A stretch of 64,000 nt of DNA from the NCBI GenBank assembly GCA_013265495.1, contig MU058423.1:8169627-8233626 (forward strand), in the 5' to 3' direction. Below are positions 25,583 through 36,472 of this stretch, in pieces (position 1 is the stretch's first letter; each line of letters begins with the position of its first letter). Both the position numbers and the translations under genes were made by a program. A model generated the notes under the pieces. That model searched no databases. It was not told the origin of the DNA and saw only the letters and a program-made list of their open reading frames with translations. This DNA is from Vicugna vicugna. Taxonomy: Eukaryota.

Positions 25583-25726
25583 TTTTGTTTTGTTTTGTTT
25601 TAGTTTTGGGGGGGAGGGGAGGAGGAAGTCATTAGGTTTATTCATTTATTTATTTTTAGAGAAGGTCCTAGGAATTGAACCAGGACCGCTAAGCATCGCT
25701 CCACCATTTGAGCTATACCCTCCCCC
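25583..25726 (-). mobile_element. camelid tRNA-derived SINE (Vic-1 type), small internal deletion
   Basis: 'attaggtttattcatttatttattttt...aattgaaccaggacc...gctaagca...gagctataccctcccc'. Confidence 0.85.
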
Positions 25727-27019
25727 CATCATTTTTTTTTAAATAACACATTTTTCTAAAGACATACACAATAAGTAACATCTTTTTAACTGTCCTTATC
25801 AGAGAATGGGCAGTTCGTGGAGATGATGGGGCTAAAAGGCGCAAATCATCCCTTGGCACCATGATGGCTCCAGGCTTCTCCTAGACACTCTCGATACACT
25901 CAGTGAAGAATAGTTTCTTAATCTGTCCCTCCAGCCCGGGAGATTTCCCCAGGGCCAAGGACATCAGCCAGGTCGTGGTTCCTGCTGCTGGGCCTAGCTG
26001 TCGGGGGCAGCCAACGCATGTGCCTCCGGGAACCCACCGCTCCAGGGCTGGCTTCCCTCGCTCCCTCGGCCCTCTCTGCTCCCCTAACTCAAGGCAAATG
26101 TCCCCTAGGCTTCCTGAGCTACCAGGGGAATGTTGGCTATGGTCCACGAGTCTCACTCAGGGAAAAACAATTCAGGTTTCCCTGGTTATCTGAAGAGTTT
26201 GCGTCTATAATCTCTAATCTGTATCATCTCCCATTTCCCCAGGTTTGGAAATAACCAAGGCTAAAGCAACTGTCCCAATAAAATCCTTATTTTCCCAGGC
26301 TACACTGACCCCTCTTTGGAACTGTACTGGAAAAACGAGCCTTTGTCCACCTTATTGTCACCTCCAGGTTGCCTCCTCTCCCTCACACTCCCCTGTGTCT
26401 CAGGCAAGATGCTGTCCGCTCCTGTTTGCCAGGATTTTCCCTCAGCTGTTGCTATTCTCTCCTCTACCACATGGTGGCACTGTCCTCCGACAGCTTCTTC
26501 CCTGCCCCCGGGTTAAAAAATGAGGCTCCCAAGTAGAGCCCTCAGCGTTGCAGAAGTGGCTCTCCCTTCTTCTGGACTTGGGGTGAATATTGCTGTGTAA
26601 TTAAACTCCCAAATTTATTGCCCCCTCTTCCAAGGATCAGGATAAGAAAATGCAAATAATTGCGCCGCATCAGCCTGCGTTGCCCGTAAAAGTGCCCCCT
26701 CTCCACAGAATGTGAACCAGGACCTAAGGGCAGAGTCCAGCACCTTGACCCTCCTAACTTGGAGCAAGCTTCCAGCCTTCTCCCAGACTGGCTCAGGGCA
26801 CTCAGTGAAGCCCCTCTCGTCTCCTGCTGGAGGGAGTCCAGCGTCCTAATTTCCCCTTGAACCAAAAGTCACTTAGACCATTCTCCCCAAGAGGCCCTCA
26901 TACACATAGGACCCCGGGCGAGCCCCGGTGATGTCCTCACTCCAGATTTCCATCCCATCCATCACACTCACACCACCCCCTCCCCCAGCACAGAGGGACA
27001 AGATCAGGCTTTGGGATCA

Positions 27020-27200
27020 GCTCTACAGCTAAACCCTAGTTCTGTCCCTACCAGTTAGCAGCCAAACGCTCCTGTTAAGTCTCAGGGCCCTCAGATGCAA
27101 GAAGAGGATGATGACACCTAAGTCAGGGATTAAGAGACGTGCCATATGAAAAGCACCTGACACAGCACTTTGTACACAGTAGATACTCAATAAATGCTTG
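27020..27200 (+). mobile_element. MIR SINE
   Basis: 'aaagcacctgacacagcactttgtacacagtagatactcaataaatg'. Confidence 0.6.
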
Positions 27201-27394
27201 CTCCCTTTTCTTCTTTGTCCACACACCCAGATCCTTCATTCTGAAATCTTTGTCCAGACTCCAAGGCCCATGGATCTAATCTATTTTCAATACATCGCTC
27301 TATTTATTTAGATATCTGAACAGTGATTACCAACATGGTACACAGAAGATAAAGTTGTAACTGCAGCATGGTGAAAAAAAGACAAGCCTGTTAT

Positions 27395-27815
27395 ATTTTT
27401 CAGGATACAGTTTTAATTGATTGACATAATGAAGATCCCAAACAATAGTGGCGTGAACAAGACTGGAGTTTTTGCTCTCACAAACTGAGCCCTGTGGTAG
27501 GACCTCCCCACATGGGGATCCAGGCTCCTTTTAGGTTGTCTCTCGTCCATCCCTAGGGTATTGCACTCATTCTATAGCTTTGCCACCGCATCTGCACTGT
27601 GGCTGTCGGGGAAAGGGAAAAGCAAAGAAGAAGGCAAGCTGTGTCCCCTTAAGGACACACGGAAGTTTCCCAGCTCAGGCTTCTCTCAGGCTTAGAACTT
27701 AGTCACACCCAACTCCAAGGAGGCTGGGAGGCCAGAGAGGCTGCTGTGAATGCAGTTGAAAATGCTATTTCTATGGAGGAAAGGGAACAGCACACAAGAA
27801 GCCAGTTTCTGCCAC
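27395..27815 (-). mobile_element. MaLR LTR (MLT1J-like)
   Basis: 'aatagtggcgtgaacaagact...gggatccaggctcctt...cagaacttagtcacac...caaggaggctggga'-like motifs. Confidence 0.6.
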
Positions 27816-28399
27816 AGTGCTAATCGGGAGTCTTTCTGCTACAAATAGCAAGGCCAGGATAATCTATGTAAGCCGAAAACTATCCAAGCTGAGAGTGACG
27901 ACCCATTTACTTCAAATAAATCCATAAAGAAAATTTAACATCAGCCTAGAACACATATATAGATGACAAAGACTTTCAGCTAAATCAGAGGAATATGACC
28001 CCATAAGAAAATATTAAACATTTCATCCTATAAAATTACCAATTCTTTGAGCAAGTGAGGATCTTACAGGTGATTTAGTAAAAACCTTCCACTTAACGCA
28101 GGCATTCTCTCGACAGTAATCTTGACTAAGTCTGACTCGTCTTTACCGGAGCATCTTCAGGGGATGCTGCCTGTGACTTGAAGGCCCATTGTCCCTGGGG
28201 GTTGTGCACAAAGGCAGAAAGAGTGAGCCATCCGGGGACAGCGGCCAGAGCCTGCACCTGGGGGCTCAGCCATGTGCAAGTTCAGGGTGGACGAGCTCCA
28301 GCCCCCAGATCAACTAAGAGTCTGAAGTATGGTGGAGGGTGAGGCATGTTCATTAGTTTGGGTCTAGAGGTACGTTTGCAAAAAAATATATATATGATT

Positions 28400-29800
28400 T
28401 CCTGCAAGATAGTTTTGAAAGCCCCAGAATAGATGATTTTTGCCACAGCTGCCTGTGCCTGACAGGAACAGCTCCCAGTGACACTGCACTGAAGGTGCCC
28501 CTGAGACATCTGGGTGGAGAGTTCAGGTAAACCCCTAGGACGTATCTATCTGGAGTTCGGGGAGAAGGTCACCAAATGTATTTAATTGGCTACACAGAGG
28601 TTATACTCTAGGAATTGAGATAGAAGAGTGAAAAGATACAGTGTGAAAGGAGCTGGGAAAGAACTTTCCTTTTAGAGACTAGAAAGCAGAAGTGCTAGAA
28701 AAGGAGGAAGATAGAGAAGGGTTTTAATAAGTAAGTAAAAGGGAGGAAGGAAGGTGTGAATCTCTGGAGGAGACCCCATTACAGGGCAAGGGATGCCCTG
28801 GGTTTCTGACGTCAGGCTTAGACCTGCATCTAGGCCACAAGACAAGTCAGGTTTAGCAGTAACTGAAAGGTCTGTTCCATGCTTTGGAGAGGGTGCAGTT
28901 AAGGGAATGTTGGGTCTCTTCTCCAAGGCTAAGAAAATGAAGGGGTCCCTGGCAGAGGACATCAGAGCCCGGGAGGCTGGGGTCTGACCAAGGTCACTGG
29001 CAGTGGAGACAGCAGTGTGTCAAGGAGAAAGAAAATAGGACGTGGAGAACAGGAGTGACCTGGGACAGCCCATCCTGAATGGATGAGAAGGACGTGCTGA
29101 AACAATGGTGCGGCAGTGTCCTTTGGGTTGGCGCTTTGACGTGACTTGTGACAACTAGAGTAAAACTTATGAAACATGAAAGAATTCCCTGAAAATCTCC
29201 AAAGTTGTTGGGAAAGAAAACTCAGTGAAAGACTAGAATGCCTCCGGGTGAGCCATGATCATTTGAATACAAAAGGTTATTTTTGTGATCATCAGGCCTA
29301 GGATGTACAGATAACAAAGAAGGAAAACAATTTCCAAGGTTTGGTAGGAATGGTGTCTTAGGCTCTAGACAGAATGAGAAGGATGGAGATCCAAAAATGT
29401 CATCAGATGAGTGGCCGCTTTTATTAGTGACCTTCAAGAGAGCTGTCGGAGTAAGTCGACCGGGTAGAAAGCAAATCCAAGGGAATGACAAGTGAGTGAG
29501 CACCAAGCACGCTAGGCGGCAAGAATCGATGGCGCATTCAAGAGGTCTGGCTCCGAAAAGAGAAAGGAGCCAGCATCACAGAAAACAGGATACGGAGGCT
29601 GAAGGGAGGGTGGTTGGCAGAGAGGAGGGATGAGGGTGTGAAGGGGAGGCTGGAAGGATCCAGCAGGGGGCCGGGTTCAGCCCTTGAGGGGCGACATGCC
29701 CTGAGCGTGAGGCTTACTCTGGACCAGCGTGACGTGAGAAGCAGATGAGTCACTCCAGGTGACCGACTCAGCACAGCACCAGTGATAAACCCAGAGACGG
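28400..29800 (-). mobile_element. L2 LINE fragment(s)
   Basis: Purine-rich, with L2 motifs 'tgagacatctgggtggagagttcaggta', 'tatctggagttcggggagaagg', 'tagtgaccttcaagagagc'. Confidence 0.6.
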
Positions 29801-30169
29801 GAGCCACAGACAGGATGGCGGGAGCCGGCGCGCAGGATGGGGCGGGGACACAGGCACAGTCCAGAGACAACCCAGGCCACCAGCTCCTCAGCTTTGGGCA
29901 GCAGGTGCCTGTTAGGACGGAAGGGAGGGAAGACAGAATCAGCCCAACTGTGACCCCAGTCGGGTGACCTTCGCAAGCGGATTTGAACACTGCCACCTGT
30001 CACCCACACTGAAACTGGGCAGGGAACAGAGAGAGAGCGTCTTGTGTTCACATCTCCTCTGCTAAGACTTAACCACACACAGCTTCACCCAAAAGGCTCC
30101 AGTAGCTTTTCCCCCTCAAAGTTTCCAGTAATAAAATACAAACTCTGGGAGAATTCAAAGGTTGGCTAT

Positions 30170-30570
30170 GGTGAATGGATAAAGCAAATATCTATACGGT
30201 GGGATGTTAGCCTTAAAAAAAAAAAAAAGGAAGTTCTGGCATGAGCCTTGAAAACATTTTACTAAGTAAAAATAGCCCCCCCCCACCGAAAAAGGGCAAA
30301 TATACCGCTTTCTCATATGAAGTCCCTAGAATTGGCAAATTCGTAGAGACAGAAAGGAGAATTGAAGGTTACCAGGGACCGGAAGGGGAATAGGGAGTCA
30401 TTGCTTGTGGTTACAGACGTTCTGTTTGGGGTGATGAAAAAGTTTTGGAAATAGTGGTGATGATTTTGTAACAGTGTAAACGTAACCCATGCATGTGAAT
30501 TGTTCACATAAAAATGGTTAAAATGACAAATTTGAAGTTATATATATATATTTTTTTTGACCACATTAAA
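30170..30570 (+). mobile_element. L1MB-like 3' UTR
   Basis: 'ggcaaattcgtagagacagaaag...ggtgatgaaaagttttggaaatagtggtgatg...aaaatggttaaaatgacaaattt'. Confidence 0.85.
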
Positions 30571-30999
30571 ACAATCTTTTCAAGTTTGGCCTTGGGTCTT
30601 GTGCCCCTAACCCAGCTCGTGTGTGTCATTGCAGCCTGAAGGAGCAGAGCATCAGCCTGGAATTCCAGCAGCCCCTGATCGGCGTTGGCGAGGCCAGCTC
30701 CGGGGCGGCCACCTGGCCCCTTCGCCCCTTCTCTCCACACAGAGCCCCTCCTCCTCCCAGCAGCTCCCTTGGACCTTTTTAAGTCTTGGTTTCTTCTCAG
30801 AGCTCTTTCTTGTCCTACTTCAAAGCTGCTTTATTTTCCCCCAACAAAAATACTAATCTTACTCTTGAACCTTGCAAATGTGTTGAGTCTCTGGGGTGAG
30901 TTATGAAAACATAGCCATTCTCTCCTACCCCCATTTCTCGTGCTTCATAATGGGCGTCCCAGTCTCCCCCTAAATCGCTTAATAGTAACAGTAACAATA

Positions 31000-31500
31000 A
31001 GAATGATCGTCATCCGCCGTCCATATGACCGAAGGTAACTCTCCGGAAGAAGTAAGTTCTCAGTGGTTTTTCTTGCATGATTTTCCTAGTTTTTGTCCCC
31101 TTCTCGACCTTCAGTTCCGCTGTGATGATCTCTTTCATCACCTTAGCACTGACAGAAGTCATTTTCCTTTCTAAGTTGTGAATGATTCTCATGGGAATTG
31201 GGAAGTGGGACAGGGGAAACATTAAGTCAATATGTAAGTTCCCAAAGCAAAATGGAAGGATGCAGCTTACAAGTGTGGATACAAGGAGTAACTTTGGAAA
31301 GGAAGTGGGATACTTTTTACTCTGATTTGAGAAGCTGATGGAAAGAATGAGTGAAGATAATTGAAACCTCAAGGAGGAAAAGAAGTGAAGGAATTCAGGT
31401 AGCGTGGTCTCAATCGTCCACTAAACCATCCTCTTTGGATTTCTCTCTTCCAGTAACTGTGAATCCAAATGTCGCCATCTTGCCAGTAAAAAGAATCATT
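31000..31500 (-). mobile_element. L3/CR1 RT continuation (decayed)
   Basis: Minus strand WIHSYWKREIQR resembles CR1 WIxNWLxxRxQR; 3' boundary uncertain. Confidence 0.45.
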
Positions 31501-31534
31501 CACCCTTTTTGTTTTGTTTTGCCTTTTTTTAAAA

Positions 31535-32300
31535 CAGTAACTCAGTATGTGTATGCACCCTGTTAATCACAGAAAGAAAGCTCTCGAAGATCTAGGTGAA
31601 TGACCAGTAGAAGGGAAAGAGAAAAGAAATAACTTCTATCCTGTCTGATAAGTTCAATAATGAAAATACAAATGAGCTGCTGTGGGAACATAAAAAAGGA
31701 ACTGGCTAACTCTGCCTGAAGAGTGAGAAACGACTTCAGGCAGGTGGCACTGGTCTGGCTTTGAAGTATGAGTAGGAGTTTGCCAGGCAGAAAAGGAAAT
31801 TGGATGTAGAAAACAGAAAGCAAATCATTGGAAGGATAAGGAAGTAAAAGTATGGGGGTTGAAATAAGAGTAACAAAAAGCTCAGTGTAGCAAAATTATA
31901 GGTTGTAGGCACTGCTTTGGATGGTAATTGTTCTGAGAAGAAAGCCAGGAGCAGACCGTGAAGTGTTTCTGTGGGTGCTGGGACTTACCCTGTAGACATC
32001 GAAAAGCCAGCAAAGTTCAAAGCACAATCAGATCTACGTTCAAATAACTCTGGCAGCAGCATAGCGTATGATCCAAAGCCATGAAAGAAAGGTAAGACGT
32101 TGTCACAATAGTCCAGGGGAGAATGAGAAGCAAGGCAGCAAGGATAGAAGAGAGGACTCCATCCTGGAAGACTGGTGGCTCGGTGGTCCCTCTAACTAGG
32201 ACCTGAAGAAGAAGAGCTTCCGTGGAGGAGACTGCAAGTGCACCTCGGGTTGTGCACTTGAGGGGATGACTTACCAGTGGGCAGTCAGAAATGGGTATCA
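31535..32300 (-). mobile_element. L2 3' region
   Basis: 'gctgtgggaacat...ctaactctgcctg...ctttgaagtatgagtaggagtttgccaggcag'. Confidence 0.75.
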
Positions 32301-32369
32301 TCAGACACAAATACTTTAATAAAGTCAAGATGGAGTGTGTCTTAGATGCTCCCCTGAACCACCAGTTGG

Positions 32370-33640
32370 TAAACTTTTCCAAAAACCAGGTGAGCTCATG
32401 ATTTGACATGAATCCCTTTTGGTGACAAGGATGTCATGAAAACGCATGTAACTTCAAATAGTGACAATGGATGACGACTAGTGACTACCGCTTTCTTTTT
32501 TCAGCGTTTACAAACCATCTGCTTAACATTCTGTTTAATAACAAAAATCAATGAGCAGCTCGATCGTGCATAATTTTTAGAAAGCATCTTTTCTCCTTTT
32601 CGGAAAATTGATACATTGTGCATCTCTCACTGTCTTCATTTTGTTAGTGGCCATTATTCCACAAATGTAAATGATGACTGTCTGGCGCCCCACCTGCACG
32701 TCTTCTTAAGGCTCAGGGTCGTTACTCATCCAGGTCTGGGGTTTGACCTCATTAAAAAAAAAAAATTCTTCACTTGCTCTCCTGACCTACTATGAATTGC
32801 AATTCCCTTTTTAAATGGACGGTTTAGGCTTTCCACTTTTGAAATTATTTTTGTGAGTGATGGATATGGAGATACAACAGGGCTCGAGCAGTTTTGCTTT
32901 CTCTTTGTCAGAAACATGCCTCATTTTCGTGTCTCCAACATGCTAAATCAAAACTGACCTGTTGCTGTCCTTCACATGTTGGGGAGTCTCAGTTCATTCT
33001 TGTCAGCTGATTTCCCAACACTGGTCTTACTGTTGTATGCCACTCTTAGCCCTGCGTCCCCGACTCTGTGTTTTATCAGTATGCAGCCTGCGGACCCTTT
33101 ATCTGAGCTCGGTACATCCTCACTAAAGTCAGTTATAAGAGTGGTGTCAGAGTTGTTTTTTAGACCCAAGTGTGCTTCTTCCCAGTTGGTGTTTTTGATA
33201 ATGGAGCTAACACCTATCTTTTCTCTTCGCAATTTTCAGTCTGATTTCCCCAAGTCCAGTGTATATGTCTGACAGTAACCAATATCTGTGATAATCACAA
33301 ACTCCACGATGGTGAATTCTTTTAACATTCAGATCACCCCATGTACCCATACATTCTATTCTTTGTTGGTGATTGTTAAGCCCCAAGTCCAAGTGCATTG
33401 TATTCTCAAACTTTTGAGGGATAAAATTACCTCCAAGACATCACTATGTTGGGTGCTCTGTTTTGGTCCATTAGCCCTTCCAGGAGCTATGTGGAGGTCA
33501 CGCCATCCTTATCCTCCAGTCAAGTCAATATCCTGTTTCTACGCCAACTTTTAAGTTTCTATTGCGAGATCATAATCTCTGTTCCGTTTTTGGATAAGTG
33601 TTCAACAATATCACTTCTTTATCTCCTTACAAAAATTTCC
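32370..33640 (-). mobile_element. L3/CR1 LINE ORF2 fossil (endonuclease C-terminus, tether and N-terminal RT)
   Basis: Minus-strand frame-shifted motifs in CR1 order: CLGGNFIPQK, LDL..TNKE, IVEFVI, TLDLGKSD*KLRREKIG, DKEKAKLL, NVSIFRKGEKMLSKNY, VTKRDSCQ. Confidence 0.85.
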
Positions 33641-33646
33641 ATACCA

Positions 33647-34590
33647 TTTATTTGTTAATTTAACAAATACTTATTAAGCGTGTGTGCTTTATTAGTTTGC
33701 CAGAGCTTCTGTGAACAAGGAACCACAGGCTGAGTGTCTTAAACAACAGAGTTTTACTTCTTCAGAGTCCCGCAAGTCTGGCATTAAGGGGTTGGCAGTT
33801 AGTTCCTTCTGAGGGCTGTGAACTAGGGATGTAATCCAGGCATCCCTTCTTGGCTTATGCATGGCTTCTCCTCCCTCCGTCTTCACATTATCTTCTCTGT
33901 GTGTATGTCTGTGTCTAAATTTCCTCTGCCTACAAGGCTATGAGCCATATTGGACTGGGACTCTCTCTAATGACCCCACTTTAACATAATTACCTCTGTA
34001 AGGACCCTATCTGCAAACCTGGTCCCATTCTGGGGCATTTTGGGTTAAGTTTCCAATATACGAATTTTGAGGGACGTAGTTCAGCCATCACATGCACTAT
34101 GAGTCAGGTGCCCATCCAGGCCCTGGGAATATAGAAATGAATGAAACCAAGTCCCTGCCCTCATGGGGTTTATTCATGCTCTGGTGGGAACTGGGGAGGG
34201 TGGGCAATAAACAATAAATAGGCGTTGTAATGCCAGAAAGTGACATTTAGAATCTAAAGAGGCCAGGATGCGGCAGGTGACAGAGAGGGGATGGAGCTGG
34301 GAGGGCGGTGACTCTAAACGAGGCCTCGTTTCAACAGAGACAAGAAAGAAGTGAGGGGTAAGCCAAGCGGTGCCCGTGGTGTAGGACACACATGTTCCCG
34401 GCAGAGGGAGGAGCCGGGGCGAGGACCTGAGGCCGCAGCACCGCGAGCGTGTCCAGGAAGCAGGAAGGAAGAAGTCAAGGAGCACGCAGTGACATCAGCA
34501 GGGGGTGTGCGCTTGGAAGGCTCTGGGTTTTATTCTAAGCAGTAGGAGAAGCAATCCGAGGTTTAGGCTTACAAACAGGGAGCTGACATG
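33647..34590 (-). mobile_element. L2 3' end interrupted by an MLT1 LTR
   Basis: 'atttaacaaatacttattaagc' at about 33660 resumes as 'cactatg...ccaggccctgggaatatagaaatgaatgaaaccaagtccctgccctcatgggg' after 34095. Confidence 0.8.
33690..34092 (-). mobile_element. MaLR LTR (MLT1B/C-like)
   Basis: 'tattagtttgccagagc...cttaaacaacagag...aattacctctgtaaggaccctat...gttcagccatcaca'. Confidence 0.85.
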
Positions 34591-34811
34591 AGAAAGCAGA
34601 CTGTACCCAACTTGGATTTCATGAGATATAATATTCAGCTCTTCCTGGGAAAGACATGCCAGCCCTAATAATGCTTAAACAATAGTCTGGTATACTTTAA
34701 TGAAATTAAGAATTCCTTCTGGAGAAGGAATTACCCACTTCCCACCTCCCTAACAGAGGGTCTTGTGAGGAGCCTAACTGTCTTATTGTCTTCGATTAAA
34801 CCTTCATATAA

Positions 34812-34906
34812 AATATATCTCTACCAAAAAATAAAATAAAATAAAATGAAATAATCAAATCTAATCAAATCAAATCAAATCAAATAAAACAATATATCTC
34901 TACCAA
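34812..34906 (+). mobile_element. A-rich tail-only insertion between 16-bp direct repeats
   Basis: AATATATCTCTACCAA at 34812-34827 and 34891-34906 flank (AAAAT)n/(CAAAT)n. Confidence 0.75.
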
Positions 34907-35759
34907 CAGGGAGTTTTTGAATTGTTGTTTGTTGTTTTTTTTTTCAGAAGCCTTTTCCTTTATGGCAAGTTTGAAATTAAACTTTGACACAGGCCTGTCA
35001 TCAGTTGGTCTAAGAAGCTGCTTTAGCGAAGGATCGCTCTGGCCACTGGACAAGTCACTGCAGGATTTCCACTTCGGTGTATAACTTCTTCTATCAGATT
35101 GGTTTCTTCTACATATTTCAGGCACAGTTATTTGAACTCTGCTGGTTCTTTCAAAATCTAAATGTACTTCTCAGGCCCTCTGCCTCTAATGTAGTCTATT
35201 TAAGTTACAAGAAGATAAATAATTGCAAAGTATCTGAAATGTCAAAGCAAGCCCATTTCTGGTACAACCTGACCTTTCTGCAGCAAGAAATAAAAAGCTT
35301 CCTAAACTCTCTTTTTTTCCCTGAATTCTCCTTTTAAAATCTAAATTAATTATATATTAAGGGTCATGAACAGTTTGGAGCCTGCACAGCCAATCAAATA
35401 AAACTGATCACCCCTTTTCTGCTTAAAAAAAAAAAAGAGGCAAAAGACGGTGTTTTATTTACATGATTTACCTTTTCTGGCCTAAACACAGCATTGATAT
35501 TCACTAAGGGGGGTTCTGGTGAATGTCAGGGAGAAATGACACTGTCAGCGGAAGTTGCTTCTTGGATCATCTTGTAATACTGAGGTGCATCAGTTCCAAA
35601 TTTTAGGTTAAGTCTTAATGAAAAAGGGCAAACTAGGGGCTCTTAGATAAATCCAGACTCTACAAGGTTTTGTTCTGTGTATGTTTATGAAACTTAGAAA
35701 TTGTCTCCTCGTAAATAAGATACAGAAAAGGTAAGTTTTAAAATGGATCAAATCCAGAT

Positions 35760-36472
35760 GCACCCCCCTCTCAGCAGGACGGGCAAGTGCACAGTGCTAG
35801 CTATTACTGGGGCTTCGTCCCTTCCTGTGTATTAGGTTGAGGCAGGCCCCTGGTTACCATCGCTTGCTGCATCCCTCCCAGAGGGACAGAAGGGAAGGGG
35901 GCAGGGCACAGCCACTGAAGGAATGACACAGCAATTGAGGGCAGGACAAACTGGTTACAACCAAGATGGTGGAAGATTTGGTTTCCAGTAGACCTTGAGC
36001 CTCATGGCGCACCCACAGGCGCCATGACAGTTCCTAGGCAGACCGTAAAAGGTCAGAAAGAGGGCAGGGGCCCAAGTCTTAGAAATCCCCACCCCTTCCT
36101 CAGAATAGTTGCAATAATCCTCCCGCTCATTAGCATATGAAGTTACTGAGCCCATAAAAACTAGCAACTCTGTACCTCGCAGTCGCTCTCTCTCTTCCCT
36201 TCCGAGACGGCCAGCACTCTGTCTATGGAGTGTGTGTCTACTTTTACTTTAAACACCCCCACCCCTCTCAGCCTCTCTCCCTCTCGCCTGTTGAGATGGT
36301 CTGCATTCTGCCTATGGAGCGTGTATCTCCTAAGCCACTCTCCCTTCTGACTGAGACAGACCCCACTCTGTCTATGGAGAGCATATTTCTCTAAATAAAC
36401 TTGATATCACTTTCCTATGCCTCGCTCTTATACTCTTTCCTGCACAAGGCAAGAACCTATTCTCTGGCAACA
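35760..36472 (+). mobile_element. ERV1 solo LTR, MER41-like
   Basis: 'gcgccatgacagtt...aataatcctcccgctcattagcata...actctgtctatggag...aaataaactt...ggcaagaacct...ggcaaca'; 5' boundary uncertain. Confidence 0.7.

Noticed and set aside
30900..33660. Possible endogenous viral element suggested by coding-like minus-strand composition
   Set aside because: Motifs match CR1/L3 ORF2 and L2, not a viral gene
34880..35200. Exon-like minus-strand segment with an acceptor-like site
   Set aside because: Stops in all three frames soon after the AG; contains MIR-like 'gtgacttgtcc'
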